Below, piece by piece: positions 41,390 to 49,753 of a stretch of 64,000 nucleotides of DNA. Both the position numbers and the translations under genes were made by a program. The notes under the pieces are model-generated. The model saw nothing but the letters and a program-made list of their open reading frames with translations. It did no database searches and was not told where the DNA came from. The DNA is taken from NCBI GenBank assembly GCA_965202645.1, contig OZ241840.1, forward strand, positions 307,066 to 371,065, read 5' to 3'. Source of the stretch: Bdellovibrionales bacterium (GTDB lineage: Bacteria; Bdellovibrionota; Bdellovibrionia; Bdellovibrionales; UBA1609). Each line of letters starts with the position of its first letter. Positions within the stretch are counted from its first letter, which is position 1.

Positions 41390-42358
41390 ATGCAAAAAAA
41401 TATTATAAGGCTTTTCTCTGCCTTAACCAAAGAGATAAAAATCGGCTTTATCGGAGTCTTAGCCGCTGGGGCTATCCTGTTTTGTCAAAGCGCTCTAGCC
41501 TCTAATAAAGTTCAATCGGCAGAGAGCGTAAAGCTTAAAGCGGAAGGCAGAGACCCACAGGCTCAAACTGAATCCGAGTTTGAATTTTTATTTGAGCCGG
41601 CGGGAAATGTTATCTTGATTGGCGAGAATCATACTTCGGCTTTGCATTCAGCTATAAACAAAGCTCTTATAAAAAAGAGCGCCTTTGGCGACATTTGCCT
41701 GGTTTCTGAAGGCTTTACACCTAATGAAGGAAGACATATTAGGGAACATGCGCCAAAAGCTTGTTTTTTTGGAATAGATGATAAAATTTTAAACCAGATG
41801 GGTGTTTTTTTAAAGGACTATATATTGTTGTCAAAACCAAATCAAAGGGATATTGATATTGGAGCGAAGGAGCTTAGGCTGATGCTTTCTCAATTAGAAA
41901 ATGAAGATAATTTTATATTAAGGCATGCCGTAAAAAACACGCAAACTTTAAACTATGTGAATACGATTTTAAAAAACAGCCAGCCTTTTGACACAGAGAT
42001 AGTAAAACATATAGCTCAGGAAATGTCTCGAATCGCCAGAGATGGCCAATTGCTTCCGGTAAGCCTTCTAGATGTATATGACGCCACAATTAATAATCCA
42101 AAAAGCTACAATTTGTTTGTTCAAGCTTTTCTTATAGAGGCCAGAGATTTATCTTTTGTAAAAAATATTTTGCCAATATACGAAAAAAAGGCTTTAGAGG
42201 AAAACAAACCAGTCATAGTCTCTGTAGGAGCGGCGCATCTCGATGGCTTATATGATCTTCTTGCGGCAGAAGGCATAAAATCCAGACGGCTTAATTTAAT
42301 TAATTTGTCTAACCAAGAGCTTATGAGCTTGTTCGATTTTATACTTGATGGATTTTAG
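41390..42358 (+). CDS. Secreted protein with a TIKI/TraB/EreA-ChaN-like motif set
   Basis: Shared leader MQKNIIRLFSALTKEIKIGF; ILIGENH, VSEG, EARD, SVGAAHL motifs. Confidence 0.6.
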   Translation: MQKNIIRLFSALTKEIKIGFIGVLAAGAILFCQSALASNKVQSAESVKLKAEGRDPQAQTESEFEFLFEPAGNVILIGENHTSALHSAINKALIKKSAFGDICLVSEGFTPNEGRHIREHAPKACFFGIDDKILNQMGVFLKDYILLSKPNQRDIDIGAKELRLMLSQLENEDNFILRHAVKNTQTLNYVNTILKNSQPFDTEIVKHIAQEMSRIARDGQLLPVSLLDVYDATINNPKSYNLFVQAFLIEARDLSFVKNILPIYEKKALEENKPVIVSVGAAHLDGLYDLLAAEGIKSRRLNLINLSNQELMSLFDFILDGF

Positions 42359-42588
42359 TTTGGCAAATGAGCGGAAAAAGCTGGCCAGCCGGAGAGATAA
42401 AAGAATCGGGCAAGGCTCAGCTGAATTGAGGCCGCGGCTGGGAGTCAATTCAGCCGGCAAATCAGTTTGAGCCTCACAGCTCAGGTCTGGTTAGGCGGAT
42501 TTTGTAAAATTTTCAAACTAGAGAGATTTAAGATGATTTAAGTTTTTTGCTGTGATATAAAATCCTCAAATAAACCATAGGAGGATTT

Positions 42589-43044
42589 ATGAAAAAAATC
42601 ATTATAAGGCTTCTCTCTGCCTTAACCAAAGAGATAAAAATCGGCTTTAAGCGTTTAGCCGTGATATGCATTATCGGACTAATCGGCTTTTCTAATTATG
42701 GTTATGGATCGGTGAATGGTGAAGATAGGGACGGATGGACTCCCCTTTTCTACAGCGTCATAAATGGAAATTATGAGGCCTCAAAGAGTTTAATATATGA
42801 CGGAGCTGATGTCAATGCTAGAGATAATACCGGAGCGACTGCTTTTCATTATGCCGCATTTTTAGGAAAAAGTAAAATTGCAAAATTGCTGATCGACTCC
42901 GGATCTAATTTCAAATCTCTAGATAATGATAAATGGACTCCTTGGCACTATGCCACTGTTCGTAACAAAATTAAAAGCATACTATCTATAATAAAAAGAA
43001 AAGCACCGGGGACGCTGGAGGGCAAGAAGGTTTGCCAGCCTTAA
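42589..43044 (+). CDS. Secreted ankyrin-repeat protein
   Basis: GWTPLFY, GADVNARDNTGATAFHYAA, WTPWHYA; shared leader. Confidence 0.85.
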   Translation: MKKIIIRLLSALTKEIKIGFKRLAVICIIGLIGFSNYGYGSVNGEDRDGWTPLFYSVINGNYEASKSLIYDGADVNARDNTGATAFHYAAFLGKSKIAKLLIDSGSNFKSLDNDKWTPWHYATVRNKIKSILSIIKRKAPGTLEGKKVCQP

Positions 43045-43340
43045 GCTAGAGGGCAAGGCCACGCCAAAGGCTAACTAAGCCGGCTCAATCTATTTAAGTT
43101 TGCTTTGAGGCTGGCTTTTCTTTTTTTGCTGTTTATCTTTTGTCTTAATCTTGAGGCGACTCCTGATAAACAAATACCTAAAGCTCAGGCTTATGCCCGG
43201 CCGTCCGCCGCTTTGTTTGTGGCTAGAGGCTTAATAACCCAGCTTGTAAAATGTTCACACTAGAGAGATTTAAAATAATTTAAGTTTTTTCTTTTTTTTT
43301 ACTGTGATATAAAATCCTCAAACAAACCATAGAAGGAGTT

Positions 43341-43403
43341 ATGCAAAAAATCATCACAAGGCTTTTATCCGCCTTAACCAAAGAGAGAGCCAGCCCAGTT
43401 TAA
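43341..43403 (+). pseudogene. Truncated third copy of the shared-leader cassette, ending in a MITE terminus
   Basis: MQKIITRLLSALTKE then agagagccagcccagtttaa (MITE end) and stop. Confidence 0.7.
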
Positions 43404-43407
43404 AAGC

Positions 43408-44097
43408 TTATTTTTTATCGCGTTTAGCTGTGGGTTTGGCGGGCGCTTCCTTTTTTTCCTCAACAGCCGGTTGAGTCTCAGATGGAGCTGTTCCCGCCTC
43501 TCCGGCTGTTTCAGCCGGCTCTTTTTTCTCCTCCTCTTCTTTGGCTGGAACCACAGAGCATAAGGCCATTTGGCCTTTGGTTATTCTTTTGATATTTTTA
43601 GGCAGGCTTATATCTGAAACATGTATGTTTTGATTGAGGGATAAATTTGAGACATCCGCCTCAATGAAAGAGGGTATTTCAGCGGGGAGGCACTCAATTT
43701 CAATTTTTCGCAAGATAATGTTGAGCGCTCCGCTCTCCTCTTTGACTCCTTTGGGAGTCCCTTTAAAGCGAACTTCCACATAAACGCGAATAGGCGCTGT
43801 CATATCTAAAGAGAGAAAGTCCATGTGAATGGCCTGCTGGCTGGTTTTATGGCGGGATATGGATTTTTTTATAACTTTTAAGCCCTTTAAGTTTTGATCT
43901 TCTGAATCAAAAGTGAAAATTTTGTTTTCAAATTCTTTTTTAGAGTATTTTTCGGCCAGCCGTATATCCAGAGAGAAAGCGATATTTTTTTGGCCCTTGC
44001 CGTAGACAATAGCCGGAATCCGCTTGTTTTTGCGGATTTTTTTGTTTTGTTTTCCTCTTTCGGCCCTAGGGGACACTTGTATTATCAGGCTTTCCAT
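43408..44097 (-). CDS. rplY: 50S ribosomal protein L25 (Ctc form)
   Basis: IPAIVYG, HMDF, GTPKGVKE, ECLPAEIP; downstream of prs. Confidence 0.93.
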   Translation of the reverse strand: MESLIIQVSPRAERGKQNKKIRKNKRIPAIVYGKGQKNIAFSLDIRLAEKYSKKEFENKIFTFDSEDQNLKGLKVIKKSISRHKTSQQAIHMDFLSLDMTAPIRVYVEVRFKGTPKGVKEESGALNIILRKIEIECLPAEIPSFIEADVSNLSLNQNIHVSDISLPKNIKRITKGQMALCSVVPAKEEEEKKEPAETAGEAGTAPSETQPAVEEKKEAPAKPTAKRDKK

Positions 44098-44171
44098 TTT
44101 TCCCTCTTCAGGGCTGTTTCTAAAAGACAATTTAGGATCTGTCAATCTTTTATTGGATAGGGAAAAAAATT

Positions 44172-44373
44172 TAACTGATATGGCTCTCTTGACCTATTCA
44201 CGAGGCTAAATCTGTTTTTATTCCAGAGTCCAAGCTTATCTTTATCGGGATGGGCGTCTTGCCCTTACCCGCTTTTGGCCATCTGTGGAGCAGCCAGTCC
44301 TCAAAAACAAGCTTGGACTCTGGAAAATTAAAGATCATAATGGGGTTTAGATCAAGAGAGCCAGCCCAACTTA
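44172..44373. mobile_element. MITE-like element, copy 3
   Basis: Same ends and internal palindrome as 30755-30952. Confidence 0.8.
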
Positions 44374-44647
44374 AAAAAATTTTTTAGGCTGAGTCATTCT
44401 CGGCTGACATATTCTTTTTTAGAGTTGTAGCGGACGCCATTGATCTTGAGGCTGAGTCATTCCCGGCTGAAACATTTTTTTTTAAAGAGGGCTAGAGCTT
44501 TTTAAGGCGTGACATCCCTGTTGTGGGCAGGCTTTAAGCCAGCTGGCCGGCGGAAGCTGAGGGAGCGTTAATTTCCCTCTGGCATGAGAGGAGATTCTCG
44601 CAAAAAAGCCTGCAAAATAAGCGCTTGGGCTTGAAAAATTTAAAAGA

Positions 44648-45583
44648 TCAGTCAAAAAGAGAGCTGACTGAGTTTTTGTTGGCAATTCTTTTTATGGCCT
44701 CCGCCACAAGAGGGGCTAAGCTGACTGTTCGGATTTTTTTGCATTTTTTCGCGGAGGAGGAGAGAGGGATGGTGTCTGTCACGAGGACTTCTTTTAAAGG
44801 GCTTTTTTCGATTCTGTCCACAGCGGATCCGGAAAATAAAGGGTGGGTGGCCAGGGCCATAACCTCTTGAGCTCCCGAATCTAAAAGAATAACAGAGGCT
44901 TCGCACAAGGTGCCGGCTGTGTCAACCATGTCATCTAAAATCAAAGCTGTTTTGCCTTTCACATCGCCAATAAGATTAAGGGCTTTGGCTTTGTTGTGAT
45001 CCTGCCGCCTTTTGTCGATCATGGCCACGCCGGCGTTGTCTATTTTTTTGGCAAAGGCTCTGGCTCTCTCCGCGCCGCCGGCGTCTGGGCTGACAACAAC
45101 AATATTTTTTCCGGAGTGATTGCGCCTCCAAGCTTGCGCCAAAACAGGAGAGGCGAAAAGGTTGTCTACGGGAATATTGAAAAATCCTTGAATTTGCGGG
45201 GCATGCAAATCCACTACAAGCAATCTGTTGGCTCCCGCCGCGGCGGACATGTCCGCCACACATTTTGCGGAGATGGGAACACGGGGAGCGGATTTTCGGT
45301 CTTGCCGGGAGTAGCCATAGTAGGGCATGACCAAAGTGATCTCCTGAGCGGAAGCCCTTTTTAGGGCGTCCAGCATTAAAAACAGCTCCATATAGTTTTC
45401 ATTTACCGGCGGGCAGGCGCTTTGTATGACGAAGACATGGAGGCCGCGGACATTTTCCTTGATTTGAATAAAAATTTCGCCATCCGCAAAACGGGAAATT
45501 TCAATATTCCCCAATTTTGTGTTTAAGCATTTCGCTGTGTTAGAGGCAAAAAGAGGGTTGGAGCTTCCGGAAAATATTTTCAT
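44648..45583 (-). CDS. prs: Ribose-phosphate pyrophosphokinase
   Basis: FADGE, PYYGYSRQDRK, DLHAPQIQGFF, VSPDAGG, DDMVDTAGT. Confidence 0.98.
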   Translation of the reverse strand: MKIFSGSSNPLFASNTAKCLNTKLGNIEISRFADGEIFIQIKENVRGLHVFVIQSACPPVNENYMELFLMLDALKRASAQEITLVMPYYGYSRQDRKSAPRVPISAKCVADMSAAAGANRLLVVDLHAPQIQGFFNIPVDNLFASPVLAQAWRRNHSGKNIVVVSPDAGGAERARAFAKKIDNAGVAMIDKRRQDHNKAKALNLIGDVKGKTALILDDMVDTAGTLCEASVILLDSGAQEVMALATHPLFSGSAVDRIEKSPLKEVLVTDTIPLSSSAKKCKKIRTVSLAPLVAEAIKRIANKNSVSSLFD

Positions 45584-45766
45584 TTTTCGCCTTTAGCTAG
45601 CTGTTTTTTTGCCTTTAGCTAGCTGTTTCTCGCTTTTAGCGGGCTGTTTTTTCGCCTTTAGCTAGCTGTTTTTTCGCCTTTAAGCTGGCTGTTTCTCGCT
45701 TTTAGCGGGCTGTTTTTTCGCCTTTAGCTAGCTGTTTTCTGCCTTTAGCTGGCTGTTTTCTCGCCA
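45584..45766. repeat. ~22-bp tandem repeat (~8 copies) of the prs translation-initiation region
   Basis: On the minus strand, cagctagctaaaggcgaaaaa repeats right up to the ATG. Confidence 0.9.
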
Positions 45767-45936
45767 GCCATTATATTGGCTTTTTTTCAGCCATGCCAGA
45801 AAATTATTGTCCGGCTCATAAATATTCTAACATAGCGGCAAAGCCTGCGCCCAGCCCGCCGGCTTTTGCGGGATTCAGCCTAAAATCTTGCAAAAAAGCT
45901 GGTTTCCTCAATGTATATAAGCGGAAGGTTCACAAA

Positions 45937-46215
45937 ATGAGACACATATTAATTTTTTTATGCTTATTTTTACTCAGTGGATGCGTAAAATATATAAATT
46001 GCCTGAATGCTCAATATTCAGAGGAAGCTTGGGAAAAATGCGCTAAAGAAAACGGCAAACTCCTAGTAAGCTCTTGTTATAATCCTGACGGAACAAAAGG
46101 GCATTTGAGCATTTTACAGATTGTAAGGAGGCGCAAGAAAATGGCAAATCTGATAAGGGGACAGACAATGAATCAAACGAAAATACAAAGGCTCATCCGG
46201 CCAATGAAGTTATAA
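45937..46215 (+). CDS. Small putative lipoprotein, possibly frameshifted
   Basis: MRHILIFLCLFLLSGC lipobox. Confidence 0.5.
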   Translation: MRHILIFLCLFLLSGCVKYINCLNAQYSEEAWEKCAKENGKLLVSSCYNPDGTKGHLSILQIVRRRKKMANLIRGQTMNQTKIQRLIRPMKL

Positions 46216-46621
46216 GCGGGGTTATTATATGCTGTGGAAATATTTTTGGGATTTTCAATGTGGAAAAGGCCGGCCTGAGCCTTGACCCGTGCGCCGGGCG
46301 GAGAGCCAGATCATTTTCAATGTGGAAAAGGCCGGCCTGAGCCTTGACAGCAAAATTTCTCTGATGTATGGGTAAATTTGCGCTGTTGGGAGGCTAGGCT
46401 CTGTATTTAATGGGAGGCAGTGGTCTTGTTTTCCGTATTTGAGCTTTCATAATTGGCTTTGTTGGGGGACGGCGCTCTGTATTTGATGGAGCACGGCCTG
46501 GGGATGATTTTCCACAGCTTAAATGTTTGGGCGATTTTGTGAAATTTCAAGTCCAGCGGATGTGTTTCCCGGCTGATTTAAAAATCAATAGCGATAAAGC
46601 TGTTAGATAAAGGAGCATAAA

Positions 46622-48223
46622 ATGATCTCATGTTTTTTTAGGAAAATTGGCTGGGGCGCGTTTTTCGCTTTTTGCTGTTTGCCCGGATTTGTTTACAGCG
46701 ATACTTTAATTTATTGCTCGGAGGCCAGTCCGGATTATTTTAACCCTCAAATGAGCATCAGCGGATCGGCTTTTGACGCCAGCAATTTGCTTTACAGCCG
46801 GCTGATAGAGTTTTCGCTGGAGGGAGACAAGCTCATCCCCGGTCTGGCTGAAAAATGGACAGTCTCCAAAGCCGGGAGAGTTTACACATTTTATTTGAGA
46901 AAAAATGTCTTATTTCATTCTAAAGGCGGATTTAAAGCCTCCCGCCCCTTCAGCGCGGAGGATGTTTTGTTTTCCTTTAACAGGCAAAAAGACAAAACCC
47001 ATCCCTTTCACAATGTGAATGGGGGCAGTTATAAATTTTTTTACTCTCTGGATTTGCAAAACCAAATAACAGAGATCAAAAAGCTCAACGATCACACAGT
47101 CCAGTTTAAGCTTAAAAAGCCTTTAGCTTTGTTTCCCTACATGCTGGCTATGGAGTTTGCTGTGATTTTATCCAAAGAGTATGGCGATTTTCTCTCCCGG
47201 AAAAGGCAAATGGAGAAAATAGATTTTGAGCCGGTCGGGACAGGCCCATTCATTTTGGAAAAATATGTGAAAGGAAATCTCATCCGCTATAAAAGAAATG
47301 AAAATTATTATTTAGGCCCGGCTCAATTAAGGCGCATTGTTTTTTCCATCACGCCGGATCCCAGTGTCCGCTTTCAAAAATTAAAAAGGGAGGAGTGCCA
47401 CTTTGCGGCTAAGCCCCAGCCTGTGGATATACCCGCCATGAGGCGGCATAAAAAAATTCGCGTGATCCAGGGGATGTCTCATAATTTGAGCTATTTGGCC
47501 ATGAACACACAAAAGCCTCCTTTAGACAATAAATTAGTCCGCAAAGCCATCGCCCACGCCTTAAACCGAAAGCTTTACATTGAGGCTATTTACAAAGGGC
47601 TGGCGGAAACTTTGGACAGCCCTCTTCCTCCGGCGCTTTGGGGGCATGACCCTAAAATCAAACTCCCTGAATACAATCCGGAAAAAGCCAAAACCCTTTT
47701 AAAATCAGCGGGATTTGAAAAAGGCTTTAAAATCAAACTTTGGACACTCCCTGTCTCGCGCCCCTACAACCCCAATGGGAAAAAAATGGGCGAGCTGATG
47801 CAGTCTGATTTAAAAAAAGCGGGCATAGAGGCGGAGCTTTTCACTTATGATTGGCCCGCTTATCTGGCCAAAAGCTCTCAAGGGGAGCATGAGCTGATTC
47901 AGATGGGCTGGTCTGCGGATATTCCCGATCCCAGCAATTTTTTGCAAATCCTTTTAACTTGTGATTCTGTCGCCTCCGGCTCCAATTTATCCCGATGGTG
48001 CAATAAAAAATATGATCTGCTGATCTCAAAAGCGATGGAGATGTCTGATCGCAAAAAAGCGGAGCGAATTTATAAAAAAGCCCAAGCCCTTTGGCAGAAA
48101 AATCTTCCCTTTATTCCCATTGCCCACGCTTACAAACATTCAGCCCTCTCCTTCAGAGTCAAAGGCTATCGCTCCAGGCCTTTCGGCTCAGAGCGCTTTT
48201 ATCATTTGTCTTTGTCTAAATAA
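46622..48223 (+). CDS. dppA: Dipeptide ABC transporter substrate-binding protein (family 5, DppA-like)
   Basis: LIYCSEASP, PGLAEKW, PVGTGPF, VRKAIAHA, PVSRPYNPNG. Confidence 0.9.
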   Translation: MISCFFRKIGWGAFFAFCCLPGFVYSDTLIYCSEASPDYFNPQMSISGSAFDASNLLYSRLIEFSLEGDKLIPGLAEKWTVSKAGRVYTFYLRKNVLFHSKGGFKASRPFSAEDVLFSFNRQKDKTHPFHNVNGGSYKFFYSLDLQNQITEIKKLNDHTVQFKLKKPLALFPYMLAMEFAVILSKEYGDFLSRKRQMEKIDFEPVGTGPFILEKYVKGNLIRYKRNENYYLGPAQLRRIVFSITPDPSVRFQKLKREECHFAAKPQPVDIPAMRRHKKIRVIQGMSHNLSYLAMNTQKPPLDNKLVRKAIAHALNRKLYIEAIYKGLAETLDSPLPPALWGHDPKIKLPEYNPEKAKTLLKSAGFEKGFKIKLWTLPVSRPYNPNGKKMGELMQSDLKKAGIEAELFTYDWPAYLAKSSQGEHELIQMGWSADIPDPSNFLQILLTCDSVASGSNLSRWCNKKYDLLISKAMEMSDRKKAERIYKKAQALWQKNLPFIPIAHAYKHSALSFRVKGYRSRPFGSERFYHLSLSK

Positions 48224-48564
48224 GCCGGCTGAATGCTCTGCTTCACGGCTTGAAACATTCTTTTTCAGGGGGAATATTAGCGCTTTTTAAGGCGGCTGCT
48301 CTCCTTTTTTTAACTGCCAACACGGCATGTTTCCTCTCAATTTCACTGTGAGATTTTTTTAGAGGCCAGGCCTAACGCCCTTGGGACAGGATGAAGCCAT
48401 CCGCGAGCGGGAGTCGCGGGCGCTCCAGCTTTCCCTTTGATAGGGGCCATCTCTTAAACGAGACTGCGCATAAATCCTCAGCTTGCTAAATAGGCTAAGC
48501 GCCTTGTCTCCTCCCAAAGTCAAAAGTTTTATCATTTGTCTTTGTCTAAATAGCCGGCAAAAGG

Positions 48565-49653
48565 CTAAGCGCCTTTAGGCGCGGAGGGGGATTCCCAAAG
48601 CTCCGCCAATTTATAAATTCTGTTTGTGTAATCATAAAAAATATGAATGATTAGATCCCCATAATCTAAAACAATCCATTGGGATTCTGTCCAGCCTTCC
48701 TCATTTATGGGCAGTAATTCAAAATATTTTTTAATTTGCGCTTTGATATGCGTGGCCGCTGTTTTGGTTTGCCTGATATTGGAGCAAGAGGCGATCAAGC
48801 CAAAAGAGAAGGGCAGGGGGCGAAGGCGGAGATCAAAGGATTTAATGTCATAAGCCTTTTTTTTGCCCAGCTCTTTCGCGCTGAACTCAATGAGTCTCAG
48901 CGCTTTGTCCGGCTCCTCCCCGCTAAGATAGAGCTTGTGTTTTTTGATATATGAAAAAATGGCTTGAGGGAGCAAATGCTCAGTCTCTTTTCCCTCCTGA
49001 AGCCTCTGCCTTATATCGGAGGATGAAATGTCCATATCTTTTAAGGGGCAGAAATAGATTTTTTGTGCTGGGGCGCGCAAAGAGATTTCATCCCTTGTTT
49101 TTTTTTTGATGAGGGGCTTTAAGCCTCTAGGGAGGCCGGAGGCTGTTTGGGGAAAGACAGCTGGGGATAAACGGCAGGAGGCGGGATGTTTTGCTTTAGG
49201 GAGGCTGGAGGCTGTTTGGGGAAAGACAGCGCCCGGACGGCTGGTGACTATGAGATTTGTCTTTTTTAAAATGTCTGTCCAATTTTTCCATTGGTCAAAA
49301 ATATGGAATTGATCCAGCCCCATAATAAAAAACAGCTCTCCCATCTCCTTATTTTTTAAAAGCTGTGTGATGGTCTCCTGTGTATAGCTGATCCCCTTTC
49401 GGCGAATCTCCTGATCGTCCACCTGAAAAAAAGGCCAGGGGCTTAGGGCTTTTTTCAGCATTTTCAGCCGGTGGGAGGGGCTGGCTGTCTCCTCGCGGCT
49501 CAAAGGGGTTTGAAAAGAGGGAATGACTATAATGTTTTTTAGAGAAAACCGCTCTCTCACAGTCAGCAGGCTGTTTAAGTGAGCCAGATGAAAGGGGTCA
49601 AAGCTTCCCCCCATAACCCCAGTTTTAATTTTTAAAGTTTTTGTTTGAGTCAA
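48565..49653 (-). CDS. nadD: Fused nicotinate-nucleotide adenylyltransferase and ribosome silencing factor RsfS
   Basis: GGSFDPFHLAH, FIMGLD, ISSSDIR; C-terminal KKAYDI...WIVLDYGDLIIHIF...LAELW. Confidence 0.9.
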   Translation of the reverse strand: MTQTKTLKIKTGVMGGSFDPFHLAHLNSLLTVRERFSLKNIIVIPSFQTPLSREETASPSHRLKMLKKALSPWPFFQVDDQEIRRKGISYTQETITQLLKNKEMGELFFIMGLDQFHIFDQWKNWTDILKKTNLIVTSRPGAVFPQTASSLPKAKHPASCRLSPAVFPQTASGLPRGLKPLIKKKTRDEISLRAPAQKIYFCPLKDMDISSSDIRQRLQEGKETEHLLPQAIFSYIKKHKLYLSGEEPDKALRLIEFSAKELGKKKAYDIKSFDLRLRPLPFSFGLIASCSNIRQTKTAATHIKAQIKKYFELLPINEEGWTESQWIVLDYGDLIIHIFYDYTNRIYKLAELWESPSAPKGA

Positions 49654-49753
49654 AGTCTCCCTATTCTATACTGAAGTTTTTAACGAAAACTGTTCCGCTT
49701 TAGGGGGGCGCTGAAAAGGCACAAGATTGATGTTTAAATTTTGCTCCATAACA

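Noticed and set aside
40770..43403. Integron cassette array
   Set aside because: No integrase and no recognisable attC core sites; cassettes carry their own promoter-like leaders
46250..46560. Possible decayed membrane-protein gene and a 36-bp duplication upstream of dppA
   Set aside because: No sustained reading frame or recognisable motif; too weak to call
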